A stretch of DNA of 64,000 nt. Origin: Squalus acanthias (taxonomy: Eukaryota). The position numbers and the translations under genes were made by a program. Under the pieces are notes generated by a model, which was given only the letters and a program-made list of their open reading frames with translations, ran no database searches and was not told the DNA's origin. This document shows, piece by piece, positions 38,448 through 51,330 of this stretch (positions are counted from its first letter, which is position 1; every line of letters begins with the position of its first letter). The stretch spans positions 128,528,001-128,592,000 of the forward strand of contig CM059432.1 in NCBI GenBank assembly GCA_030390025.1, read 5' to 3'.

Positions 38448-38699
38448 TTCTACAATGAACCGCCCCAGCTGTGTTAATCTGGGAATGGACTGCCTTCTGT
38501 TCAGCAACATTTCAAAGGAGAGCAGGTCATCTGGGATATTGACAATGCAGAGGGTAATAGCAGTTTAGACCCTCCCAAGAATGGGAATTTTATTCCTATC
38601 TCTTTTAGTTGACAACTTCAGGGCTGTAAATACAATTAAGACACAGAAGGTCAGGTAAAATTTATGTGATTTTGCAGATCAATTTAAATTCGCCTGGTT

Positions 38700-39835
38700 C
38701 CATTTTTATCTATCTAATCATAGCCAGAGAATCACCTGCAACAGCTTCTCTTCCCATTCCCGCATCATATCCTCTGGTGTCCCCCAAGGATCTATCCTTG
38801 GCCCCCTCCTATTTCTCATCTACATGTTGCCCCTTGGTGACATCATCCGAAAACACAGCGTCAGTTTCCACATGTACGCTGACGACACCCAGCTCTACTT
38901 CACCACCACTTCTCTCAACCCCTCCACTGTCTCTAAATTGTCAGACTGCTTGTCCGACATCCAGTTCTGGATGAGCAGAAATTTTCTCCAATTAAATATT
39001 GGGAAGACCAAAGCCATTGTTTTCGGTCCCCGCCACAAACTCCGTTCCCTAGCCACTGACTCCATCCCTCTCCCTAACATCTGTCTGAATCTGAACCACA
39101 CTTTTCGCAACCTTGGTGTCATATTTGACCCTGAAATGAGCTTCCGACCACATATCCACAGCATAACTAAGACCGCCTATTTCCACCTCCGTAACATCGC
39201 CTGTCTCCACCCTTGACTCAGCTCATCTGCTGCTGAAATCCTCATCCATGCCTTTGTTACCTTTAGACTTGACTATTCCAATGCACTCCTGGCTGGCCTC
39301 CCACATTCCACCCGACGTAAACTTGAGGTGATCCAAAACTCGGCTGCCCATGTCCTAACTCACACCAAGTCACGTTCGCCCATCTCCCCTGTGCTCGCTG
39401 ACCTACATTGGCTCCCGGTTAAGCAATGCCTCGATTTCAAAATTCTCATCCTTGTTTTCAAATCCCTCCATGGCCTCGCCCCTCCCTATCTCTTTAATCT
39501 CCTTCAGCCCCACCCCCCTGAGATATCTACGCTCCTCTAATTCTGCCCTCTTGAGCATCCCTGATTATAATCGCTCAACCATTGGTGGCCGTGCTTTCTG
39601 GTGCCTAGGCCCTAAGCTCTGGAATTCCCTCCCTAAATCTCTCCGCCTCGCTACCTCTCTTTCCTCCTTTAAGATGCTCCTTAAAACCTACCTCTTTGAC
39701 CAAGCTTTTGTTCACCTGCCCTAATTTCTCCTTATGTGGCTCGATGTCAAATATTTTGTCTTATAACACACCTGTGAAGTGCCTTGAAATGTTTTACTAT
39801 GTTAAAGGCGCTATATAAATACAAGTTGTTGTTGT
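38700..39835 (+). mobile_element. L2 LINE 3' ~1.1 kb, well preserved
   Basis: [46 protein letters not shown]; aagttgttgttg tail. Confidence 0.95.
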
Positions 39836-40319
39836 GTTTAGTCAGTATTTTAATTAGCTCAATTCTAACCAATCATAAACATGCATTTTCCATCTGCAAA
39901 TGATAGCGTTTACATTGATATATGTTGTTTTGGAGGTGTGAAGATATTTATAGTTGCTGATGATGTATTTCCACTCTCCTGGACACATGGAAAAAATAAA
40001 TTCAATATATTTTAATTCCATATTTATTCTTCCATCTGTTCTAGGCACCAGTATTTTTCACGTACTTACTCTCCTTACATCATTCCTACCCTACCCAGAA
40101 AAAGTACTTCTGTATCTTTTAAGCCTTTTTTGCTTTTCTCTGTCCTTTCCAGATTCCTACCTGAACAGGGAGCAGAGTCTATTGACTGTTTTTTGCTTAA
40201 TTCCCACTATTAAAGAAAATGTCAGGTTTTCATATAGATAGCATTAATTTTATCTCTGACATGACTATTTGTAAATGCAGTCAGTGAAAGTTAGTGTGTT
40301 GTGCCACTCATCACCATAC

Positions 40320-40720
40320 CTTGAGCACAGAAATCTAGGCTGACACTCCGGTGCAGTGCTGAGGGAGCGCTGCACTGTCGGAGGTGCCGTCTTTCAGATG
40401 AGACGTTAAACCGAGGCCCCATCTGCTCTCTCAGGTGGATGTAAAAGATCCCATGGCACTATTTCGAAGAAGAGCAGGGGAGTTATCCCCGCTGATCTGG
40501 CCAATATTTATCCCTCAATCAACATCACTAAAACAGATTATCTGGTCATTATCACATTGCTGTTTGTGGGAGCTTGCTGTGCGCAAATTGGCTGCCGCGT
40601 TTCCCACATTACAACAGTGACTACACTTCAAAAAGTACTTCATTGGCTGTAAAGCGCTTTGGGACGTCCCGAGGTCGTGAAAGGCGCTATATAAATGCAA
40701 CTCTTTCTTTTTTCTTTTTT
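40320..40720 (+). mobile_element. DeuSINE (SacSINE1-like), head truncated
   Basis: Deu domain gaggtgccgtctttcagatgagacgttaaaccgagg...gatcccatggcactatttcgaagaagagcagggg; L2-like tail. Confidence 0.9.
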
Positions 40721-40762
40721 TCAAATCTGCCGTTAGTCCCAATACGCAACCCTGAGAGCTCT

Positions 40763-41350
40763 GCAACAATATCTTTAAAGGATTTAATTTGGGCTCCAGG
40801 GATTAAAGTAACCCTGGACCCACAGAGAACCATATACATGACAGGGATGGGAGAGTTGGTTTGCCAGTCTCCCTTGGGGAAAGCTTAAGTCAGATTTTTA
40901 AAAAATACAACTACGGTGGGTTACCGTAGCTTTAAGTGTTCAATTCAATACAGTGTACTTTTACTATCATTACTTTTCCACGTTTTGTTTTAGCTTTTTT
41001 AAAATTTGTGCCGTTGGACATGGAACCGAATTGAATTAAGAGAAGGGATATTTTTTTAACCCTTATCAATTTGGCTTTTGTGCCATTCCACCTTTTAGAT
41101 AAAGGCATGTTACTAATATTCCAAATTGACACTTGAATAATGAGCCTTTCTATACCTGATTAGATACCACTTGTTTTATTCAGCTTTCGCACCTGTGTTT
41201 TGAGCTTCCTTTGAAAAGATTCATTTGAAGACATTCTCATGTGTACCTTAATCACTCTCCTTTTTTAATAAAATTGTATATGATTTTCTGTGTGCCCAGG
41301 GTTCTTTTAATCCCTGGAGCCCAAATCAAATCCTTTAAAAATGTTATTGC
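40763..41350. repeat. 76-bp inverted repeat pair (40763-40838 / 41275-41350)
   Basis: Manual alignment gives 66/76 identity. Confidence 0.9.
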
Positions 41351-43122
41351 TGGTGCCATTATAGTGCTCGTACAATACCCATAGTTGTCATTTGCACCCT
41401 GTTATAATATGCAGGGGGAGAGTATGTTAGAGAAATGCCTCTATCCTCCAATACTGGGACCAGGCTGGCAGATAACATCCGATGGTTCCATTTTGATTCT
41501 CATGACTGTATATTGCTTCCCGATTTGATTTTTTTACATCTTTTCTCTTTTTTTTCCTCTCTCTCCAAATCCCGTGATTACCTCAGTGAAAGGCTTTCTT
41601 TCTCAGCCTGAGAACAATTAATTCCTTTTTTTTTTCACCCCCCCCCCGTCCTCCTCGTTTCCTCACTGCTGCCCTGTCTGTCTGTGCTGACTAACAGAAA
41701 CAGCTGGCAGGAAGATGGCTGACGTTCCTTTGATGTGTCTAATCCCTCGACTCCAGCATTTACACTGGGGAGAAGGAATGTTGGCCCACTGCCCGTTGCT
41801 GACTGGCTCGCTGAGATCAGCTGATGATGCCGTAAAAAAGGAATTGCAGATTCTCTCAGTGAAAGCTTTGTCTTCTGAACAGTTGGCGTTTTTCCTTGTA
41901 CTTTAGCCTAATGCTTTCCACATTCCCCCATGTCAGTCAGCAAGAAGCTATGGCTGCCTAAACCCAGACCTACTCCCATTTGTTATCATCAGAAATTTAA
42001 AATATGGTGCCAAAGAACAAGAATTAAATAGAACAAAATGCTGTTTTTTTAATAAACTGAAGTTTTTTTAATGCCAATAATATACATTATTGATTCCGGC
42101 TAACACAAAAGATATTAAAATAGATTAAAAGAAGACAAGTTTCTTACAGTTGGATAAGGTACTAATAAAATAGCAAAAAGAATGAAAACATAACTTTTTT
42201 TTCAGAGCAAAACTACTGAGCAATTAAACATTTGGGGACCTGAATACTTTGTGAGATGTTTAGATGCGGTGTAAGATCAAGAGGCCCCAAGATTAGAGGC
42301 CCTGTCCTGCCCTACTAGCCATTCCGAGCATTTCTATGATGATGGGAACAGCCAGGTAACAGCATCTTTATGATGCCACCTGCAGCAATACAAAGGGGAG
42401 CACACAGCAGCAGTCCAGCACATTTGGTGATCGCAGTCGTGGCGAGCTCACCTTGTTGGACACTTTTGTGCTCTTGTTCGTGACTGCAGAAGAACCAGTG
42501 TTGGCTCTTTCCCATTTGCAAACCATTTTTGTTTTGGTTTCGGGAAACCATTTTGCCAAACTTACACCATATTCACTCCCATATGTACCTGCTCATCCTA
42601 AAACCCGAGATTTAGCCATGTATTTCCGCCGGTTTCCCTTTTAACTTTAGAGTTCCAGCATTGGCAGGTTTTCTCTGAGGTTTAACACTCTTTACAATGC
42701 TGGGCAATCATCACCCCAAACAGTTAAAACAAAAAGCAAAATAAAAATACTATTATTATGATATGACTTGTCTCCTGGATTCTGCTGCAAATTACGTTTT
42801 ATCCAATACACATTCACTGTTTATGAAAGGTTATTAATTATACATGTAGCAGATACTCTAGTACATTTATGCTGATATGTCACTGCAGGAGTTGGTAAAA
42901 TTTGTATTTAAATTTCATGAAAACTTAGGCAAAGGTGATGTAGATACTATCCTACACAAATTCAATAATCAAATCATGATTTCCCGCTCCCCCCACCCCC
43001 CCACCCCGCGCCAATTTTTTGCCTCCTCTCCTAAAGGTGTTGGCAGGCAGTTTGACCGCAAGAATGGGCATCACAGTGCCACCTGATCATTTCCTCATCC
43101 AACATCCACAAATGCTTAACTT

Positions 43123-43138
43123 CCAGCAGGGGTCGCCA
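43123..43138 (+). promoter_or_regulatory. CTCF-like motif CCAGCAGGGGTCGCCA
   Basis: Motif match only. Confidence 0.4.
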
Positions 43139-44289
43139 GACACTGTTTGGGAGCAAGAACGCTAGCTGTCTCCCCCTCCACTGCCCGACCCCCCCACCCC
43201 CACCCCCGCCCCACCCCCTCACCACTTCCTTTCTAATCTGGCAGCTAACACCATAGCTCATGGACCTCCTAGTCTTATGACTCAGTGTCACACAAAACTG
43301 AACTGTGCACTTATTATTCATGAGTTGTGGGCTCAAGAGTAATTAAAAAAAATTTCAAATGACTCTCTCTCTCTCTGAGAAGAATATGTATATTTCTTTG
43401 AATGTAACATTCGTAACAACTGTTATAATGTAAAAGGTTTGGGGGTGAATTGTCCCTGGACTTGCACACGATGAACATTAACGCTCCAGGTGCAACTCAG
43501 AAGAACGGCCTTTCTTCACGTTACGCATCATTTTGTGTGGTGAAGGCTGTCATTCCAGTTTCTGGTGAAAATGCAGCTGGCAACAAGCTTGCAGAAAGCA
43601 GACAGATATTGAGGCCTTTATCTCTTTGATGCTACATATGATACAGTTTGCAAATGGTAAGCACAGAGTTGGCTGTCGAGCCAGCTCACTGAGGATCTTT
43701 CGTGCCCGATGTGGCTTGCTGCCAATTCACCAACCCAGAAGTGAGCTTGTGTCCTGATAGTCAGGGGTCAGTTGCGCTTTCCTTAGATGACCTTAACAGG
43801 AAGTAATGGCTTCGCTCCCATTGCTCTATTAAACTCCAGCATGAAAATCCTCAGCTCTTGGCAGCTCTGTTTTTCTGGATTCCTGAAAAGCAAGGGTTGG
43901 TGTCTAAAAAGGGAAAATGAGACAGCGAATAAAACCAAAAGAGTCAAAAATAATGAAGAAAATAGTCTTGGTCAAGTCACATAGTATAGGTTCCACTGGG
44001 CTGGCTGTTCTGTGTTTATAACCTCGGACTTACTTATGTTCAGTCTGGTTGACACCCCAAATACTTCTGTTACGACTGGGTACTTTGGTGTTTTTTTTCT
44101 GAACTTGGCTTGACCTTCCGATGCTTGGCATTAGATGTCTTGGACAATTGAGGAACTAAACAAAACAATGGTCCTAAAACATGAGAAAAATTAACCCACT
44201 ATCACAATAAAAGAGACTCAGTTCTGCTTTTAGTATTGAAAAATCACTTTTGCAATTGGTCATTTTGCAGACGGAATCTGTGCTTTTTA

Positions 44290-44305
44290 ACTGTAGGTGG
44301 CAGTA
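44290..44305 (+). promoter_or_regulatory. CTCF-like motif ACTGTAGGTGGCAGTA
   Basis: Motif match only. Confidence 0.4.
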
Positions 44306-44559
44306 GAGCACTCCTAGATTAATAGGGCCCTGCGTTTACCTGTGCCGCGACAGCAATACACACTACACTGGGTGGAATCTTTCAAAAAGATTACACGGAT
44401 CGATAATATTTTTGAAATGAAAAATGTATGAATTCAAAAGGCATAGTCTGAGAAAATAGTATTCTTCCAGGTTGCATTCACAGATATTTTTCCCTTTAAA
44501 TCATTCTCCACCCTCAGTTGTGGCACTCTGTATTAATCAACAGGCAACACACTTTGTAG

Positions 44560-47500
44560 GGCGGGATAAGGACTGTCTGATGGGATGGGATAGTCCCGTC
44601 TGATGGGATGGGATAGGACTATCTGATGGGATGGGATAGGCCTGTCTGATGGGATGAGATAGGACTGTCTGATGGGATGGGATAGTTCCGTCTGATGGGA
44701 TGGGACAGGTCTGTCTGATGGGATGGGTTAGGCCTGTCTGATGGGATTGGATAGTTCCATCTGATGGGATGGGATAAGACTGTCTGATAGGATAGGATAG
44801 TTCCTTCTGATGGGATGGGATAGTTCCTTCTCATGGGATGGGATAGTTCCGTCTCATGGGATGGGATCGGACTGTCTGATGGGATGGGATAGTTCTGTCT
44901 GATGGGATGAGATAGTTCCGTCTGATGGGATGGGATAGGACTAACTGATGGGATGAGATAGGCCTGTCTGATGGGATGGGATAGGACCGTCTGATGGGAT
45001 AGGATAGGACTGTCTGATGGGATGGGATAGTTCCATCTGATGGGATGGGATAGTTCCATCTGATGGGATGGGATAGGACTGTCTAATGGGATGGGATAGT
45101 TCCATCTGATGGGATGAGATAGTTCCGTCTGATTGGATGGGATAGTTCCGTCTGATGGGATGGATAGGACTGTCTAATGGGATGGGATAGTTCCGTCTGA
45201 TGGGATGAGATAGTTCCGTCTGATGGGATGGGATAGTTCCGTCTGATGAGATGGGATAGGACTGTCTGATGGGATGGGGTAGGACTGTCTGATGGGATGG
45301 GATAGTCCCATCTGATGGGATGGGATAGTCCCGTCTGATGGGATGGGATAGGACTATCTGATGGGATGGGATAGGCCTATCTGATGGGATGGGATAGTTC
45401 CATCTGATGGGGTGAGATAGGTCTGTCTGATGGGATGGGATAGGTCTGTCTGATGGGATGGGATAGTTCCATCTGATGGGATGGATAGGTCTGTCTGATG
45501 AGATGGGATAGGTCTGTCTGATGGGATGGGATAGTTCTTTCTGATGGGATATGATAGGTCTGTCTGATGGGATGGGATAGTTCCGACTGATGGGATAGGA
45601 TAGTTCCATCTGATGGGATGGGATAGTTCCGTCTGATGGGATGGGATAGGACTGTCTGATGGGATGGGATAGTTCCGTCTGATGGGATGGGATGGTTCCG
45701 TCTGATGGGATGGGATAGGCCTATCTGATGGGATGGGATAGTTCCATCTGATGGGGTGAGATAGGTCTGTCTGATGGGATGGGATAGGTCTGTCTGATGG
45801 GATGGGATAGTTCCATCTGATGGGATGGATAGGTCTGTCTGATGAGATGGGATAGGTCTGTCTGATGGGATGGGATAGTTCTGTCTGATGGGATATGATA
45901 GGTCTGTCTGATGGGATGGGATAGTTCCGACTGATGGGATGGGATAGTTCTGTCTGATGGGATGGGATAGCCTCGTCTGATGGGATGGGATAGTTCCGTC
46001 TGATGGGATGGGATATTTCTGATGGGATGGGATAGTCCCGTCTGATGGGATGGGATAGTTCCATCTGATGGGATGGGATAGTTCTGTCTGATGGGATGGG
46101 ATAGGACTGTCTGATGGGACGGGATAGTTCCGTCTGATAGGAAAAGATAGTTCCATCTGATGGGAAGGGATAGTTCCGTCTGATGGGATGGCATAGTTCC
46201 GTCTGATGGGATGGGATAGGACTCTCTGATGGGATGGGATAGTTCCGTCTGATGGGATGGGATTGTTCCGTCTGATGGGATGGGATAGGACTGTCTGATG
46301 GGATGGGATAGAACTGTCTGATGGGTTGGATAGTTCCGTCTGATGGGATGGGATAGTTCCGTCTGATGGGATGGAATAGGACTATCTGATGGGATGGGAT
46401 AGGCCTGACTGATGGGATGGGATAGTTCCATCTGATGGGATGAGATAGGTCTGTCTGATGGGATGGGATAGTTCTGTCTGATGGGATGGGTCTGTCTGAT
46501 GGGATAGGTTAGGTCTGTCTGATGGGATGGGATAGGTCTGTCTGATGGGACGGGATAGTTCCATCTGATGGCATGAGATAGGTCTGTCTGATGGGATGGG
46601 AATAGGTCTGTCTGATGGGATGGGGTAGGACTGTCTGATGGGATGGGATAGTCCCATCTGATGGGATGGGATAGTCCCATCTGATGGGATGGGATAGGAC
46701 TATCTGATGGGATGGGATAGGCCTATCTGATGGGATGGGATAGTTCCATCTGATGGGATGGGATAGTTCCATCTGATGGGGTGAGATAGGTCTGTCTGAT
46801 GGGATGGGATAGGTCTGTCTGATGGGATGGGATAGTTCCATCTGATGGGATGGTTAGGTCTGTCTGATGAGATGGGATAGGTCTGTCTGATGGGATGGGA
46901 TAGTTCTTTCTGATGGGATATGATAGGTCTTTCTGATGGGATGGGATAGTTCCGACTGATGGGATGGGATAGTTCTGTCTGATGGGATGGGATAGCCCCG
47001 TCTGATGGGATGGGATAGTTCCATCTGATGGGATGGGATATTTCTGATGGGATGGGATAGTCCCGTCTGATGGGATGGGATAGTTCCATCTGATGGGATG
47101 GGATAGTTCCGTCTGATGGGATGGGATAGGACTGTCTGATGGGATGGGATAGTTCCATCTGATGGGATGGGATAGTTCCGTCTGATGGGATGGGATAGGA
47201 CTATCTGATGGGATGGGATAGGCCTATCTGATGGGATGGGATAGTTCCATCTGATGGGGTGAGATAGGTCTGTCTGATGGGATGGGATAGGTCTGTCTGA
47301 TGGGATGGGATAGTTCCATCTGATGGGATGGATAGGTCTGTCTGATGAGATGGGATAGGTCTGTCTGATGGGATGGGATAGTTCTGTCTGATGGGATATG
47401 ATAGGTCTGTCTGATGGGATGGGATAGTTCCGACTGATGGGATGGGATAGTTCTGTCTGATGGGATGGGATAGCCCCGTCTGATGGGATGGGATAGTTCC

Positions 47501-49195
47501 ATCTGATTGGATGGGATATTTCTATTGGGATGGGATAGTTCCATCTGATGGGATGGGATAGTTCCGTCTGATGGGATGGCATAGTTCCGTCTGATGGGAT
47601 GGGATAGGACTGTCTGATGGGATGGGATAGTTCCGTCTGATGGGATGGGATTGTTCCGTCTGATGGGATGGGATAGTTCCGTCTGATGGGATGGGATAGG
47701 ACTGTCTGATGGGACGGGATAGTTCCGTCTGATAGGAAAAGATAGTTCCATCTGATGGGAAGGGATAGTTCCGTCTGATGGGATGGCATAGTTCCGTCTG
47801 ATGGGATGGGATAGGACTGTCTGATGGGATGGGATAGTTCCGTCTGATGGGATGGGATTGTTCCGTCTGATGAGATGGGATAGGATTGTCTGATGGGATG
47901 GGATAGAACTGTCTGATGGGATGGATAGTTCCGTCTGATGGGATGGGAATAGGACTATCTGATGGGATGGGATAGGCCTGACTGATGGGATGGGATAGTT
48001 CCATCTGATGGGATGAGATAGGTCTGTCTGATGGGATGGGATAGTTCTGTCTGATGGGATGGGTCTGTCTGATGGGATAGGTTAGGTCTGTCTGATGGGA
48101 TGGGATAGGTCTGTCTGATGGGACGGGATAGTTCCATCTGATGGGATGAGATAGGTCTGTCTGATGGGATGGGAATAGGTCTGTCTGATGGGATGGGATA
48201 GTTCCGTCTGATGGGATGGGATTGTTCCGTCTGATGGGATGGGATAGGACTGTCTGATGGGATGGGATAGAACCGTCTGATGGGATGGGATAGTTCCGTC
48301 TGATGGGATGGGATAGTTCCGTCTGATGGGATGGGTTAGTTCTGTCTGATGGGATGGGATAGTTCCGTCTGATGGGATGGGATAGGACTGTCTGATGGGT
48401 TGGGATAGTTCCGTCTGATGGGATGGGATTGTTCCGTCTGATGGGATGGGGTAGGACTGTCTGCTGGGATGGGATAGAACTGTCTAATGGGATGGGATAG
48501 TTCCGTCTGATGGGATGGGATAGTTCCGTCTGATGGGATGGGATAGTTCTGTCTGATGGGATGGGATAGTCCCATCTGATGGGATGGGATAGGACTATCT
48601 GATGGGATGGGGTAGGCCTGTTTGATGGGATGGGATAGTTCCATCTGATGGGATGAGATAGGTCTGTCTGATGGGATGGGACAGGTATGTCTGATGGGAT
48701 GGGATAGTTCCATCTGATGGGATGGGATAGGCCTGTCTGATGGGATGGGATAGTTCTGTCTGATGGGGTGGGATAGGTCTGTCTGATGGGATGGGTTAGG
48801 TCTGTCTGATGGGATGGGATAGGTCTGTCTGATGAGACGGGGTAGTTCCATCTGATGGGATGAGATAGGTCTGTCTGATAGGATGGGAATAGGTCTGTCT
48901 GATGGGATGGGATAGGTCTGTCTGATGGGATGGGATAGGTCTGTCTAATGGGATGGGATAGTTCCGGCTGATGGGATGGGATAGGTCTGTCTGATGGGAT
49001 GAGATAGGTCTGCCTGATGGGATGAGATAGTTCCGGCTGATGGGATGGGATAGGTCTGTCTGATGGGATGAGATAGGTCTGCCTGATGGGATGAGATAGT
49101 TCCGGCTGATGGGATGGGATAGGTCTGTCTGATGGGATGAGATAGGTCTGCCTGATGGGATGAGATAGGTCTGCCTGATGGGGTGCGAATAGGTA
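44560..49195. repeat. Minisatellite, 23-nt unit CTGATGGGATGGGATAG+N6, about 200 copies
   Basis: Direct reading; N6 variants include TTCCGT, TTCCAT, GACTGT, GTCTGT, TTCTGT, GCCTGT. Confidence 0.98.
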
Positions 49196-49481
49196 TTTTT
49201 GACAAGTTTTCCTCTCTTCCCCGTCTGTTCCTTTGCCCAACACACCGCCCTATCCAGTAGGCTGACCAAGATCTAGTGAAACTTCCCATATGTTGAATGA
49301 CAGTCAGCGGTGATTTGAACCCAGATTGTAGCACTGGAATCTAGCACTCTAGCACTGGAACAACCCAGTTATGGTGCTTTAGTTACAGAGTTAAGAACAA
49401 CACTGATATCATTTGACAACTGCTTGAAATAGTATGCCTCATGTGAGGAAATGTCTTAGAAAGCTTTACAAGAAAGACACT

Positions 49482-50941
49482 GGGGGGAATTTTTCGGGGG
49501 GGTGGGGTCAGCGAGTGTGTTTGGTGGCGGGTCAGATGGGAAAAAAAATTTTGACAGCTGGTCGGGACAACCCGCCACCACGCGACTTTCCCAGATGTCG
49601 GGTCTGTCAGGGCTGAACAGACCCGACACGCAATGGCGGGGGAGGCAATTCAGGACATTATGACATTGTTAACAGCCCATTAAGAGGTATTTTGAGGTCG
49701 CCTTACCATTTTACAAGGTCGCCCATGGGGTCCCCGCTGCTCGGGAATCACGTCAGATAAGGAGGTCGGGAGTTGTACGATCAGCCCCAACACCAGTAGC
49801 ACCAGGCACACCAGCAGCACCAACAACAACACTAACCTTCTCCACAATCAATTGATGCTGCACAGGACAGAGGGCATCAGCACCCAACCACATTACTGCC
49901 CAGGAGGCCAGGGATGGCCTCATCATGGCCAGATTTACTTCACTTGACGCTGTACTCCCTGGCTGCCACACGATGTGCCAGGTTGGCACCACCCCACACC
50001 AACACCATAAGCATCCATACAATGCCCAAGCCACTCCTTTCACACTCCTCACCATTGCGGGAGATACCCTTATGTCTCACCATTCATTGCAACTCACTAA
50101 GCCACTTGCAAAGGTGAGCACAGATCTGTCCAAGAACGCAAAGTGTTGAAAATAAAGGTTTCAATGTTTGACACCACATTAACAGAAACTTTACATGAAC
50201 ATTGGCTAAAACACCCAAGTGCCTACCCTTGTGTGTTGTTAGTTGGTATTATTGGACTAGGATGAGGGTGAGTGTGAGGGGTAGCTCGTGAGATGGGGAA
50301 GTGATAATGTAGATAGAGAGGGATGGGTGGAGGTGCAAGGTAAGTTGGTGTGAGTAAGGATGTGCAGGAGTAGGGTAGGGAAGGCAGAGTGATGGGGATG
50401 TGATGAGTGGCACAGCAGGATGAGGTTGAGTGTGGCTTTGCAGTAACGTTTCGTGATCTACTGAGATCATTGAAAGGTTTGCGCCACTGCAGCCTGGTCC
50501 TCTTGACGATATCTCTGCTTGTGTCCTCCTGTGCATTGTGCAACCAGGCTGCGTTGGTCTCCTGGGGAGGTCTCTTCCGTCCATGGGAAGGGAAGAGGAC
50601 CTCCCTGTGTGCTGTGACTCCCTCCATAAGCATATCGAGGGAGTCATGGGAGAGCCTGGGTGCAGCCATGCAGCTTTGTGCAGTGCTTGTCAGTGTTTGC
50701 AGCACCTCAATGCTGTAGAACACTGACAGCAGACATGTCAAAATCAATTTGTGCATGTTCCCATTAAGGAAACCGGCGATGACCCGCTTCCTTCAATTGG
50801 CCGGCAAACGTGCTGGGCGGGCTTAACAAGCCCAATCAACGTAAAATTATTCTACACAGCGGGCTGGTGCCAGCAGCGGGGTCGGGACCCGCCACCGACG
50901 TCGCCCACCCCGGACCCGCCGAGGTAGGGGAAATCGCAGCC
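49482..50941. mobile_element. Internally deleted PIF/Harbinger element with Myb/SANT-like ORF relic (- strand, ~50450-50669)
   Basis: MAAPRLSHDSLDMLMEGVTAHREVLFP...AWLHNAQE...RTRLQWRKPFNDL; + strand AQEARDGLIMARF resembles a transposase C-terminus; subterminal inverted ggtggcgggtc / gacccgccacc. Confidence 0.8.
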
Positions 50942-50959
50942 ACCGAGTGGGAGGTGGGA

Positions 50960-51330
50960 CAGGGTGGGTGGGACGCTGAAAGCACCGTTGAAAAGATAAG
51001 TTTTTTAAAGGCTTTTGAAGGGAGAGAGTGAGGTAGCAAAGTGAAGTGGTCTAGGGGGGGAATTCCAGTCTGAAAGCATCGCCTCCAGCAACAGGGCAAA
51101 GGGAGTAAGGCGCGTGCAGTAAGTTCGAGTCAGAAGAACAGAAGTTTCCCGCTGCTGCAAACAGCTGGAGAAGATCACTGAGAGAAGGCGGGGCGAGGCG
51201 GGGGAGCAGTTTGAAAAGGAGGAGGAGAGCCATGAAGTTGATGCACTGGGGGAGCAGGGAACCAGCTGAGCTTGGCGAGGGTGGGCTAATGGCTGATTGG
51301 GCCTTTTAGTGAGGGAGAACTGAGATTAAC
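50960..51330 (-). mobile_element. Old L2-like fragment
   Basis: Antisense gggggaattccag, LLFKLL..LAPPSLSDLLQ, AFKKLI. Confidence 0.65.

Noticed and set aside
44560..49195. CRISPR-like constant repeat plus variable spacer pattern
   Set aside because: The variable part is only 6 nt from a small recurring set, there are no cas genes, and the context is vertebrate; it is a minisatellite
44560..49195. Hammerhead satellite (CTGATG resembles the CUGAUGA core)
   Set aside because: Unit is mostly CTGATGG and lacks GAAA and the required helices
44619..49334. Long - strand ORFs (up to 573 aa) as protein-coding genes
   Set aside because: Translation of a stop-free tandem unit in all frames; no splice or domain evidence
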